Of a stretch of DNA of 64,000 nt, positions 40,324-52,672 are shown in pieces. The stretch comes from Selaginella moellendorffii (taxonomy: Eukaryota; Plantae; Lycopodiophyta). Position 1 is the first letter of the stretch, and each line of letters begins with the position of its first letter. The stretch is from the NCBI RefSeq assembly GCF_000143415.4, contig NW_003314265.1, positions 2,026,777 to 2,090,776 on the forward strand, written 5' to 3'. The notes under the pieces were generated by a model, which worked only from the letters and a program-made list of their open reading frames with translations, did not search any database and was not told where the DNA came from. Both the position numbers and the translations under genes were made by a program.

Positions 40324-40875
40324 TTCTTTTGTCCATGCAATTTTATGGTTAACGTTTCTATTGGAATCGAACTCGAGACCTCTGCGTTTTAGGGTTTGTT
40401 TATCGGTCAACCAAGGGTGACGAAACCATGTTGCCGTACGGAGGACGTCGGGAAAGACCACGCTTTCCGTACGCACGTGCGCCACCCGCGTTGCCACGTA
40501 GTTTCTATTCCGCGTGAAAAAATGTAGCATCTGGCGGCCGGTATTAAAGCACGTGGTCGCATCCCAGCCGTCCAGTCTCCTCGCTTCCGGGTAGGAACGA
40601 AGAACGTCCCCAGTGTGTAAGTAGCAGCATCCCTGATACACTTCTTTTGCACGCGCTTTGGATCTTCGGCGCCTTCGTCTCCTTTGGATTGGCAGCGCCA
40701 CAATCCAATCGGCGGCGCCTCCTCCCGGGATCCTGGATGAACAGGGGGTGGATCGCAGTCCACTGCCGCTGTGTGGAAGAGGTAGGGCGGCCGCCGCTGT
40801 CACGGATCCCAGGTTAGCTGCGGCATTGCGGGGAAGCTCGGAATCTAGGAGGTTTTTGGGGGTTTTCGGGCTGCG

Positions 40876-43299
40876 ATGTCGAGGGAGAAGCGGCCTCTGG
40901 ATTCGGCGCGCGATGGATTGCCTAATGAGAAGCGACAGCGGCCAGCGCTTGCGAGGTGAGCTTCCATTCTCTTTGTTCTAGGGTCTCTCGGACATGGTTC
41001 TTCACTCCTAGCTTAAAATTGTCGTTTTGATTTGTGTAATTTTTTTCTTTGGAAGACCACTGATGGTGGATTTTTTTGATGGTGAATTCAGCGTCATTGT
41101 TGAGGCTCTTAAGATGGACAGTCTCCAGAAATTGTGCTCAACCTTGGAACCTCTCCTTCGTCGAGTTGTGAGTCAAAATTGTTTTTTTTCCTTCTTTTTT
41201 TCTTCAAAGGTCTCACTGTTCGATCGCACAGGTGGGAGAAGAGGTCGAGCGTGCTTTGGCGAAGTTAGCACCTTCTATGAAAGGTGGACTAACGTAAGTC
41301 TCATTTTCTTCTTTTTTCTGCAATTATATCTTGCGATTAAATCTTGCTCTCTCCTCGTTTCAGCTACAAATCATCGCCGAAACGCATCCAGGGTGCCGAT
41401 ACTAGAGCGTTGCGCCTGCAGTTTCGAAACAAGCTAGCGCTGCCGCTTTTCACTGGCAGTAAAGTCGAAGGGGAGCAAGGCTCTGCGATTCACGTCGTCC
41501 TACAGGATGCCAACACAGGGCAGGTTGTAACTACTGGCGCTGAAGCAGGAGCAAAACTTGATATTGTTGTGCTGGAAGGCGACTTCTCGGCTGACGACGA
41601 AGAAGACTGGAGTATGGAAGATTTTGACACATACGTTGTCCGAGAACGTGAAGGGAAGCGGCCCCTTCTTACAGGAGATTTGAGTGTCACACTCAAAGAA
41701 GGCGTAGGTACACTTGGAGAGCTTACTTTCACTGACAACTCTAGCTGGATCAGGAGCAGGAAGTTCAGGCTCGGTGTACGCGTCTCTCCTGGTTCTTTCG
41801 AAGGACCGCGCATCCGAGAGGGCAAGACCGATTCTTTTTCCGTCAAAGACCACCGTGGAGAACGTAAGTCCCCACTCCTCGCAGATTGTCTTGCTTACCT
41901 GTTTATATATTTGCGCAGTTTACAAAAAACACTATCCTCCCGCTTTGGGCGATGATGTGTGGAGGCTTGACAAGATTGGAAAGGACGGGGCATTCCACAA
42001 GAGGCTCAACAAAGCTGGAATATTTTCTGTGGAGGACTTTCTGCGTCTGGTGGTGATGGACCCGCAGAAACTACGAAACGTAAGTAATGAAAGTTAGTTT
42101 TTTCTTTCTCTCTCTCTGTCAGCTCATGTAGTTGGTCTGGCGCAGATTCTTGGAAGTGGCATGTCAAATAAGATGTGGGAAGGAACAGTGGAGCATGCTA
42201 AAACGTGCGTCCTCAGCGGAAAGCTGTATGTCTATTATGCCGACGAGAAGCAAAATATCGGTGTCATTTTCAACAACATCTTTCAGCTAATGGGCCTTAT
42301 GGCCGGTGGGCAGTATCTTTCTGTGGACTCCCTGTCCGATGCCGAAAAGGTAACACGTTAATTTAATTTAGTTGTCTAGTAACACGCTGGCGGCTCTATT
42401 AATCCAGGTATACGTCGACAAGTTAGTAAAGGTGGCATACGAGAACTGGGAGAGTGTGGTCGAGTACGATGGTGAGGCACTGATTGGTTCTATGCCGCAT
42501 TCTCTCCGTGGCATCGACGCACATACGGAAGAGCCAGCCAATGGAAACCGCGGAAGCAGTACGTTGCAGCAGCAGCAGCAGCAGGGGTTTCCCGGCAGTC
42601 AGGAGTTCGGCCTTGTTCCAAGAGGGACAGCGTTGACAAATGGTACGCTTAGGAGCTAGCTTTTCAAGTGTTTTCACTGACGCAGCTGTGAATCTGTCAT
42701 TTAAAGCAGGGGGTAGTCAGCCAAGCTACGCTCCAGTCTCCAGCCCTGTGGAGAGCTACTCCTCCCAACAACAGCAGCACCAACAGCACCAACAGCAGCA
42801 GCAGCAGCAGCAGCAACAACAACATCAACAGCAGAGGAATCAAAACGCGATGAGCACCGGCCTGTCTCTCCAACAATCAATGCCTTCTGGCTCAGGACTG
42901 GCTTACTCGCCACAAGTAAATCCCAACCCCAGCTATCTGCAGCAGGCACCCACGGCCACAGCCGAGTGGCTCCACAGGCAGACGACTCAAAACGACGAGT
43001 TCTACTCGGAGGAAGAGATCCGTGCAAAGAGCCTCGAGCTCCTGGAGAGCGAGGACATGAACTTGCAGATGCAGCAGCTGCTGCGCATGTTCAACGTGGC
43101 CACAAACGATCAGGCCAGCAGCATGCCAAACATGAACTTGCAAGATTACTTCCCGGTGGAGAGCGTGCCGTCGTCGCCGGAGAAGAAAGGCAGCAAAGTC
43201 GGGTGGCTCAAGCTCAAGGCCGCGTTGCGGTGGGGGATATTTGTCCGCAAGAGGGCCGCTGCCAGAAGAGCTCGAATTGAAGAGATCGAAGAGGAGTGA
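40876..43299 (+). CDS. CBP60: Calmodulin-binding protein 60 family transcription factor with poly-Q tract
   Basis: [65 protein letters not shown], and the C-terminal CaM-binding [20 protein letters not shown]. Confidence 0.95.
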
Positions 43300-43434
43300 G
43301 CATTGAGCGCAAGAGAAATCTACCAGAGCGAGGGAATAACTGGTAGAGTGGAGAATGTAAATTACTGTGGCTCTTCTTTGCTGCTGCTGGCAGGCCGGAT
43401 TACAACAAAAAAAAAAGAGAAAACAACTTGTTTG

Positions 43435-44979
43435 CTACACCGGGGTGGCGAACTTGAGGAAGAACTGGTGCTCGAGTAACTTCTTCATCTGGTTCTCGGG
43501 CAGCCGAATCGCCAGATGCCGGTCTCGTCCGCCATCTCGAGTAGGAAGAAGAATGGCGGCTCCACTGCCCGGCTCGGCATCCAAGACGAAGGAGAAGTGT
43601 CGCGGCCTCCCCCATCCAAAGTCGAGCTCGTAGATCGGGAATGCTGTGAGGCTGTTGCTGTTGATAGCTCTCCCCGACCACCTTGGCAGCGGGAAGTTGT
43701 CGTCCACGAAGATCCCGGCCCGGAGGTGGAGCTCCATCCAGTCGATGGCGGACTGGATGCGCTCCTGGGTGGCGGACTGGATATCGTCGCGGAGGAGCTT
43801 GGCGGCGTGGGAGATGTGGTTCTTGCGTATCTCGCCCACGGGAGCAGCCAGGCAGGGGATGTGAGCGGAGCTGCCGCAGTAGTGGCTCGGGATCTCGGGG
43901 CTCCAGCGCTTGGGTCCTTTGGTGGAGAGCGCGTAGATGTAAGTCATGCTCTCCGAATCGTCCAGGTCTTTGACGTCCGCGACGCACTTCCAGATCATGG
44001 CGGAGATGGCCTCGAACGAGCTCGGCGGCGGCTCGTCACGAGAGGAGAAGAATCTCCCGCGCTGGACCTCGGCGACGAGCTCGCGGACTCGATCGGGGGC
44101 GATGTGGAAGAGCCTCTGGCGGTCGGGGATGGCGTCCTGGGAGGATTTGGCCATGGCTTCCACCGTGCTTGCTGGCGGTGGAGCGACGACGTAGTCACGG
44201 ACGGGGAGATTGACCTGCGGAGGATCTCGAGGCTTGAGCACGCTGGAATCAAACGATGGGGCCACCCCCAGTGCGAGGCCCCGGTGAATCTCCCCCCACG
44301 CCCGGAGGAACGGGAAGGAGGAGGAGGCGTCGAGGATGTTCTCGCAGGTGAGCACTCCCACAGCAATCCCGCCACACTGGAACTTTGTCACCTGTGAACA
44401 CACAATGCCAGTCAACGCTTACAGCCAGTCAACACTCTTTTAGTCAACAGAATCAACGGAGCTACTTGCCTGGATTTTTAGCAGCGGCGCGTTGGCGGGA
44501 TCTCTGACCCTGGGTTCCGGGTAGAGCTCGTGCTCGATGGGGCACTGCCGGGCGTCGCCCAAGGCTGTGTTAGCCATCGCCGCCACCACCATGACGCCCG
44601 CGTCGTTGCAGTGGAGCTCCTGGATCGTTGTTAACCGCTCTCGCCGCCGCATTCTCCCCGCCAGAGGGTAGTATGGAACGAGCAACCGTGACAGAGACTC
44701 CCTCATGCTGCAAACCAGGCGCTGGAACTCCTCTTCGTCGTGGTTATCGATCCGAGGGCTCTTCTGTTCTTGATCTTCTTCTTCTTCTTCCTGGTCATCG
44801 TGCTGCTTGAGAGCTGAAGATCCCGGGGCGGAGAAGTAGAACACTTGCTTGATGTAGCGCTCAAACGAAAAGTAGCTCTGGAAGTTGGAGAGCGCGAGAA
44901 CGCAGGGCTGCCGGGTCGGGATCTGGGGAACTACAGTCGACACGGACACTGACCTTACCGAGCTTATGGACGCTACCAT
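43435..44979 (-). CDS. BAHD acyltransferase type 1, copy a (catalytic His replaced by Glu)
   Basis: YYPLAGR, Q|VTKFQCGG, CENILDA at the HxxxDG position, DFGWG. GC-AG intron 44392-44469. Confidence 0.9.
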
Positions 44980-45159
44980 GTCGAGCACTCGAAGTCACTT
45001 CAAGACCTCGCCCACGAGCCCCTCGTGCTTTAGAACTAATCGACTATGTTGACCAATAAACTTGCCCACATTTCGAGACGGGCGACTGGCGATTTACGTT
45101 CACAAAGGTGCGATTGAATTCTATGGTTGCAGCCCTAGTTTTTTTTGTTAGAAGGAGCG

Positions 45160-45933
45160 ATGGGCTGGGGCTGGGGAGTTCTTGGCCAAGTCCCTAGATG
45201 GGAGATATGGCGGGCATCTGGGGTATGGGCACTCTGGGAAGTTTGGAACCACAACTACTTCGAGGAGCAGAGCGCTTGGATTTCAGCGATCATGGTAAAT
45301 TGGTGGAGGCTCACATTGGCTGCTGTTTGCTTGAGGGATGCATTGCTCCAGAAACACAGAAAAAACAAGGAGGCTCTGGCAGTTTGGTGATGACAATGGA
45401 CCCTGTGCTACAGAGTAGAGCATGAGGGAAATGTGAAGTGGAAATGGAGACCACTTGCCACGGTAATAAAAGAGGCATGACAAAGCGATTTGGCATTGGA
45501 TGTGTTGTGGAGGCGACGACCACAGCAGCTACAGTTGGAAGGCAGCGATCGCCAGTAGGTGGAGGACAGCAAGATGGCTTTGTTGAGTGAACAGCACTAA
45601 GGGTGATTCACTTTTGTATTAGTCCCTAAGGGACACAGAGTAATGTACATATAACTTGCATCGACGCTGGCTGTGGTGGTGATCAAAACTAGTTTCACTG
45701 GGCTGATTGAGGGGCCCATCAACAGCATGATCACAAGGATGATCAAGGGACCAATCAACAGCATGATCACAGGGATGATCGAGGGACCAGTCACGGAGCT
45801 GGTCTATGGCGTGATCTGAGAGACGGGGCGTGGTTCTCAGGTATGAAACGAAAATGTGAGATTCGATTTAATTCTTTGATCCAGGCTTGGGGAACTGGCA
45901 ACGACCATGGATCCAAGCCCAAGCTGTCGCTGA
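45160..45933 (+). pseudogene. Small repeat-protein gene copy A, disrupted by an insertion
   Basis: Starts ATGGGCTGGGGCTGG like copy B and resumes at about 45655 with MIEGP/INSMITG repeats and the same intron (45841-45884). Confidence 0.65.
45196..45654 (+). mobile_element. About 460-bp insertion resembling the 3' end of a LINE
   Basis: Absent from paralogous copies B and C. Encodes Trp-rich WALWEVWNHNYFEE, similar to the W-x-x-W-x-x-R-N-x-x-x-F motif after LINE zf-RVT, and ends in gtaatgtacatataa. Confidence 0.5.
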
Positions 45934-46446
45934 CGAGTTCTCAGAACTTTAAGCTTTAAAGAAACATGTCACTGAGTAGAGAACACTTTCCAGTTTAGGA
46001 AACAATGATAATAATTTATAACTATCCTTACAGCAAACTTGAATTTCTTGGTCGGCTTGCAAATGTGCATTGAGGTCTAGCTGACGTGAAAAGGCTGAAG
46101 GCAATGCATCCTTTGCGGTAGTACATGTTATCTTCCACTGTTCACCGAGCCTGTGGAAGCCACCATGTCTGTTTGATCCAATGCACTCGAAATGAGCTCA
46201 CGACCTCGCCAGTGCTTCAGGATTATGTTGACCAAAGTTGACAATACTTCCAGACTTTTTCGTTTATTGGGCTGGACTGCGATTAAGGAACGCCCTAGAC
46301 CGAGAAGCATTCTTTGTCCATACAAGGGTCAGGCAAATGGTCATGGTTCCTAGTTTTCTTTCTTGGAAGGGAGGGAGCGGGCGGAGTTCTTTGCCAAGTC
46401 CGTGCTCTAGCGGCACTGGTGATCAAAGTTAGTATACCCACTGGCG

Positions 46447-46931
46447 ATGGGTTGGGGCTGGGACGCGGCGAAGTTCTTGGCGAAGTCTCTGCTCGTATCG
46501 ATGCTGGCGGGGATGGTGATCAAATTTAGTTTCGAGGGACCGGTCACCAGGATGATCGAGGACCCGGTCGACAGGACGATCACAGGGATGATCGAGGGGC
46601 CGATCAACAGGATGATCACAGGGACGATCCGGGGACCAGTCACGGAGCTGGTCTATGGCCCGATCCGAGAAACGGCCGCGTGGTTCGCACGGATGTTTCC
46701 TCGCATCGCAAAGGTATGGAACGAAAATGTGATTCTTTTCCTTCATAGGTGCCAAGATCTGGAGAGCCCGCCCCCACCGGCAACGATGCTCATCGATCCA
46801 AGCCCAAGCTCCCGCTGCCGGAGCTTGGCAAGGGAAAGGAGGTGCCGTCCCGGACGAGCCAAGCCTTCATGAGGGTTCCGTGTTCCAGGATGTGCACCGC
46901 TCGTGCCGCCGAGTCCTCTCACTCTCCTTGA
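46447..46931 (+). CDS. Unknown small protein: hydrophobic N-terminus plus 12-aa repeats MIEGP(V/I)(D/N)R(T/M)ITG (copy B, apparently intact)
   Basis: Exon 46447-46713, GT-AG intron 46714-46748 (position shared with copies A and C), exon 46749-46931 in frame. The unspliced ORF ends at 46872. Confidence 0.55.
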
Positions 46932-47119
46932 CGATGGCCTCTGTCCTTTCTTTCCTCTCTCACGGACGGATCGACACTCGTTCTTAGTTTCTCTCCCTCT
47001 CGGATCGCATTCTTGTTTTGCTCGAGAATCCGAGATTCTTGTATCTACTCTGTTCCGATCGATGAAACGATCGTTGAAACGAATTTACTTGCTTTGCCTC
47101 GAATCTCTACGAGAACCCT

Positions 47120-48554
47120 TCATTCCAAGGTGGCGAACTTGGCGAGGAGCTCACTTCGCAGCAACCTCTTCATTTCATCCTCGAGGAGCATGACCACAAT
47201 GCGGCGCTCTCGCGTCCCTCCCTGGGCAGTGGGAAGAAACACCACCACCCCGTTGCCATACCACGGCTCCAGCACCAGCGAGAAGTGGGCGGGCCGCCCC
47301 CACCCAAAGTCAACGTCGTAGACGGGGAAGGTGACCAGGTCAACGGAGTAGACCGCCATCTCGGCCCTCATGTTGACCGCGATCTCCTTGCGCCCGGGGC
47401 TGCCGATTCCTTCCAGCTCCATCCAGTCAATGGTGGATTGGAATCGCTCGTGGGTGATGGCCCGGATGTCGTCGTGGACGAGGCGAGCGGCCAAGGAGAT
47501 GTGCTTATTCTTGAGGTCGCGCGCCGGACACGGGAGGACGAGGGTCATGGCGGAGGTGCCGCAGTACTCGTCCGGGATTGGGGGATGCCGCCGGTTCTTG
47601 CCGGCCTTGGCGGAGCCCGAGTAGACGAATGTGGCGATGGCGGTGTCGACGAGATCCCGCGCCTCGGTGATGGATTTCCAGACGAGCGCCGCGGCGGCCT
47701 CGAAGGATGTCGGGAAGCTGCCGTAGGAGAATGGGCCGGATGCGATCTCGTGCCTAAGATGCGAGAGCTGGAGCTCGCTCATGTGGAATGCCCGGACGTG
47801 GTATTTGGGAGAGATATCCTCCCCGGACTTTCCACTGTGATCCTGGGCCAGGGACGGTGCCACCGCGACGTAGTCCCGGATGGGCATCTTGATGCTGGGG
47901 GGATCTCGGGCCCTGAGGATGCTGGAGTCGAATGATGGCGGTGGATTCGGCGGTGGCAATCCCTGATGGATATCCGACCAGGCCTTGAAGAACGCAAAGA
48001 TGGACGAGCCGTCGGTGACAATGTGGGTGGTGACGAGGCCGAGGGCGATCCCACCACACCGGAACTTGGTGACCTGCAAACACGGTCAGAAGAGGTCAAC
48101 GTAAAGTCTCCGGACTTGCCTGGACTTTGAGCTGTGGGAAGTTCTCGTGATCCGTGATCTCGGTCTGTGCCGGGTTGAGCTCATGCTCGATTGAGCAGTG
48201 CTTCATGGAATCGCCCCAGTCGTGGAAGCTCGCATTGGCAAATGCCACCACAAATTCGACGCCTTGGTCGTTGCACTCGAGAACCGGGCGGTCGAGACCG
48301 GCGATCCGGGGCCTCCCTGCTATTGGGTAGTATGGAACGAGAACCTGAGACAAGGATACTTTTAAGCTCGTCACCAATCGATCGAAGGAGCCTGGTGACG
48401 AATCCACTGCTTCTGGGAAATAGTAGACTTGCTTGAGATAGTTCTCGGACAGGAGCTGGATCTGAAAGTTGCAAAGCCAGAGAGTACAAGGCTGGCGCGT
48501 TGGAATCACTGGGACGATCGTGCAGACGGAGGCTACATGAACCACATTGCACAT
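47120..48554 (-). CDS. BAHD acyltransferase type 2, copy a (intact catalytic motifs)
   Basis: YYPIAGR, Q|VTKFRCGG, HIVTDG (HxxxDG), DFGWG. GC-AG intron 48074-48119. Confidence 0.93.
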
Positions 48555-49027
48555 GATTGTTCTTCTAGCGCATGATTTGAAGAGAGTAGCCTAGAAACAC
48601 ACAAGAGGAATTGTCTGGTCTAAAAGTTCGCAAGCATGTGTAACTTTTAATGCTATGGCAGGGAGAAGGTGGTAACTTCTTTTCATCAACTCACAGAACA
48701 AAAGATTTGGTGGGCGGATGCGTTCGATAGGCTTTTGCAGATCTCTGGTGGTTTGTCACTTTTGTTACAATATGGCGTGCACTAGAAGAAAAAGGGTAGA
48801 AGTAGAAAAGAGGACACGTGTCAGTGTCTTATTGGTACATATAGGATAGCAGTATCAGAAATATTTCACGAACTGTATGCCAGGGATCGGGCTTCATGCC
48901 CATAGCAATGGCTGATGTCATGGGCAGAATGGTGATAATGTGCAATTTGGTTCTTTTGCCATGCCCAACAAGAACAAGGGGTGAGAACATAGTGCTATGG
49001 AGAGCAATTTTGTCTACAACTTGTTTG

Positions 49028-50566
49028 CTACACCGGGGTGGCGAACTTGAGGAAGAACTGGTGCTCAAGTAACTTCTTCATCTGGTTCTCGGGCAGCCGA
49101 ATCGCCAGATGCCGGTCTCGTCCGCCATCTCGAGTGGGAAGAAGAATGGCGGCTCCACTGCCCGGCTCGGCATCCAAGACGAAGGAGAAATGTCGCGGCC
49201 TCCCCCATCCAAAGTCGAGCTCGTAGATCGGGAATGCCGTGAGGCTGTTGCTGTTGATCGCTCTCCCCGACCACCTTGGCAGCGGGAAGTTGTCGTCCAC
49301 GAAGATCCCGGCCCGGAGGTGGAGCTCCATCCAGTCGATGGCGGACTGGATGCGCTCCTGGGTGGCGGAATGGATATCGTCGCGGAGGAGCTTGGCGGCG
49401 TGGGAGATGTGGTTCTTGCGTATCTCGCCCACGGGAGCAGCCAGGCAGGGGATGTGAGCGGAGCTGCCGCAGTAGTGGCACGGGATCTCGGGGCTCCAGC
49501 GCTTGGGTCCTTTGGTGGAGAGCGCGTAGATGTAAGTCATGCTCTCCGAATCGTCCAGGTCTTTGACGTCCGCGGCGCACTTCCAGATCATGGCGGAGAT
49601 GGCCTCGAACGAGCTCGGCGGCGGCTCGTCACGAGAGGAGAAGAATCTCCCGCGCTGGACCTCGGCGACGAGCTCGCGGACTCGATCGGGGGCGATGTGG
49701 AAGAGCCTCTGGCGGTCGGGGATGGCGTCGTGGGAGGATTTGGCCATGGCTTCCACCGTGCTTGCTGGCGGTGGGGCGACGACGTAGTCGCGGACGGGGA
49801 GATTGACCTGCGGAGGATCGCGGGGCTTGAGCACGCTGGAATCAAACGATGGGGCCACCGCCAGTGCGAGGCCCCGGTGGATCTCCCCCCACGCCCGGAG
49901 GAACGGGAAGGAGGAGGAGGCGTCGAGGATGTTCTCACAGGTGAGCACTCCCACAGCAATCCCGCCACACTGGAACTTTGTCACCTGTGAACACACAATG
50001 CCAGTCAACGCTTACAGCCAGTCAACACTCTTTTAGTCAACAGAATCAACACTTGCCTGGATTTTTAGCAGCGGCGCGTTGGCGGGAGCTCTGACCCTGG
50101 GTTCCGGGTAGAGCTCGTGCTCGATGGGGCACTGCCGGGCGTCGCCCAAGGCTGTGTTAGCCATCGCCGCCACCACCATGACGCCCGCGTCGTTGCAGTG
50201 GAGCTCCTGGATCGTTGTTAACCGCTCTCGCCGCCGCATTCTCCCCGCCAGAGGGTAGTATGGAACGAGCAACCGCGACAGAGACTCCCTCATGCTGCAA
50301 ACCAGGCGCTGGAACTCCTCTTCGTCGTGGTTATCGATCCGAGGGCTCTTCTGTTCTTGATCTTCTTCTTCTTCTTCCTGGTCATCGTGCTGCTTGAGAG
50401 CTGAAGATCCCGGGGCGGAGAAGTAGAACACTTGCTTGATGTAGCGCTCAAACGAAAAGTAGCTCTGGAAGTTGGAGAGCGCGAGAACGCAGGGCTGCCG
50501 GGTCGGGATCTGGGGAACTACAGTCGACACAGACACTAATCTTACCGAGCTTATGGACGCAACCAT
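49028..50566 (-). CDS. BAHD acyltransferase type 1, copy b (His to Glu)
   Basis: Near-identical to 43435-44979; open frame with a GC-AG intron. Confidence 0.9.
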
Positions 50567-50880
50567 GTCGTTGATCCAATCTACTCGGAGCTCACGACCT
50601 TGCCCACGAGCTCCTCGTGCTTTAGAACTAATCGCTTATGTTGACCAATAAAGTTGACCACGTTCGAGACTTGTCTTCCACTGGCGACTGGCGATTTACG
50701 TTCACTGAACTGGTTGAGGGAACTCAAAGGTGGCGATCAAATTCTAATATTTAACAAGAAAACCCCCGACCGGGAAGCAATCTTTCTCCTTTTCATTTCT
50801 AAGAAGATATTTGTGTACAAAATTGCCGGTTACGGCCCTAGTTTTCCTTCTTGGAAGGGAGCAAACGCGCGGGCGGAACG

Positions 50881-51310
50881 ATGGGCTGGGGGGACGCGAC
50901 GAAGTTCTTGGCGAAGTCCCTGCTTGTATCGATGGTGGCGGGGATGGTGATCAAATTTAGTTCGAGGGACCGATCACCAGGATGATCGAGGGGCCGGTCG
51001 ACAGGACGATCACAGGGATGATCGAGGGGCCGATCAACAGGATGATCACAGGGACGATCGGTCACGGAGCTGGTCTATGGCCCGATCCGAGAGACGGCGG
51101 CCCAGATCCTGTGGGCGTGGCTGCCAGCGGCGTGGTTCGCACAGGTGTTTCCTCGCATCACAAACGTATGAAACGGAAATGTGATTCTTTTCCTTCGAAC
51201 CATCTAATCCTTTAGGTGCCAAGATCTGGAGAGCCTGCTCCCACCCGCAACGATGGTCATCGATCCAAACCCAAGATCCCGCTGCCGGAGCTCCGCAAGG
51301 GAAAGAATTC
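50881..51310 (+). pseudogene. Small repeat-protein gene copy C, frameshifted
   Basis: MGWGDATKFLAKSLLVSMVAGMVIKFS, then a 1-nt deletion (agttcgag vs agtttcgag in copy B). Repeats and intron (51166-51215) retained. Confidence 0.7.
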
Positions 51311-51797
51311 TAGCTCGAAGTTTTAAAGCTTTGAAGCTAGGCCTATAAACATGTAATTGCTTGAAAGTCCTGGGATTGATCTATGCGCTCAATCAAGCAT
51401 GAAGCAACATTATTATGTGTGAAACAATTGGAAGCAGTAACAAATTTTTATATATATTCTCTTATAAGCCGCCGATACACTTGGCAAAAGCTGGAATTTC
51501 TTGGTCATTAAATCGGCTTGCAAATGTGCATTGACCCCGAGGTTTGCAGCCCTGTTAGCTGAGCTTCTTCTCATCTTCTTCTATGGAATGGATTCTTACA
51601 GACATGCGTCCTCTGCCGTAGTACGCGATTTTGAAGATATCTTCCACTGTTGAGATGCCATAGCTGCGAACGACAGAAACAAATGACTTGACTTTTACCT
51701 AGCTACCGTTGGAGATCGCTACGACAGTCGACATGGACACTAATCTTGTGGAGGCCTCCATGTCATCTAAGCACTCGAAGTGAGCTCACGACCTAGG

Positions 51798-52672
51798 ACT
51801 TCCAGACGAGCGCCGCGGCGGCCTCGAAGGATGTCGGGAAGCTGCCGTAGGAGAATGGGCCGGATGCGATCTCTGAGATGCGAGAGCTGGAGCTCGCTCA
51901 TGTGGAATGCCCGGACGTGGTATTTGGGAGAGATATCCTCCCCGGACTTTCCACTGTGATCCTGGGCCAGGACGATGCCACCGAGACGTAGTCCCGGATG
52001 GGCATCTTGATGCTGGGGGGCTCTCGGGCCCTGAGGATGCTGGAGTTGAATGATGGCGGTGGATTCGGCGGTGGCAATCCCTGATGGATATCCGACCAGG
52101 CCTTCAAGAACGCAAAGATGGACGAGCCGTCGGTGACAATGTGGGTGGTGACGAGGCCGAGGGCGATCCCGCCACACCGGAACTTGGTGACCTGCAAACA
52201 CGGTCAGAAGAGGTCAACGTAAAGTCTCCGGACTTGCCTGGACTTTGAGCTGTGGGAAGTTCTCGTGATCCGTGATCTCCTTCTGTGCCGGGTTGAGCTC
52301 ATGCTCGATTGAGCAGTGCTTCATGGAATCGCCCCAGTCGTGGAAGCTCACATTGGTAAATGCCACCACAAATTCGACACCTTGGTCGTTGCACTCGAGA
52401 ACCGGGCGGTCGAGACCGGCAATCCGGGGCCTCCCTGCTATTGGGTAGTATGGAACGAGAACCTGAGACAAAGATACTTTTAAGCTCGTCACCAATCGAT
52501 CGAAGGAGCCTGGTGACGAATCCACTGCTTCTGGGAAATAGTAGACTTGCTTGAGATAGTTTTCGGACAGGAGCTGGATCTGAAAGTTGCAAAGCCAGAG
52601 AGTACAAGGCTGGCGCATTGGAATCGCTGGGACAATCGTGCAGACGGAGGCTATATGAACCACATTGGACAT
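51798..52672 (-). pseudogene. BAHD type 2, copy b: frameshifted and 3'-truncated
   Basis: Near-identical to 47120-48554 up to about ALVWKS, with small deletions shifting frame. DFGWG region absent. Confidence 0.88.

Noticed and set aside
40270-40803. 177-aa minus-strand ORF over the tRNA and CBP60 promoter
   Set aside because: Overlaps a clear tRNA gene and GC-rich 5' region; no protein features.
46530-46640. 36-nt periodic repeats as a CRISPR-like array
   Set aside because: No unique spacers; eukaryotic context; in-frame tandem repeats.
43516-49990. 293-aa plus-strand ORFs (43516-44397, 49109-49990) and other long antisense ORFs over the BAHD, MTPSL and FtsHi genes
   Set aside because: Shadow ORFs of GC3-rich coding sequence on the opposite strand; no recognisable motifs.
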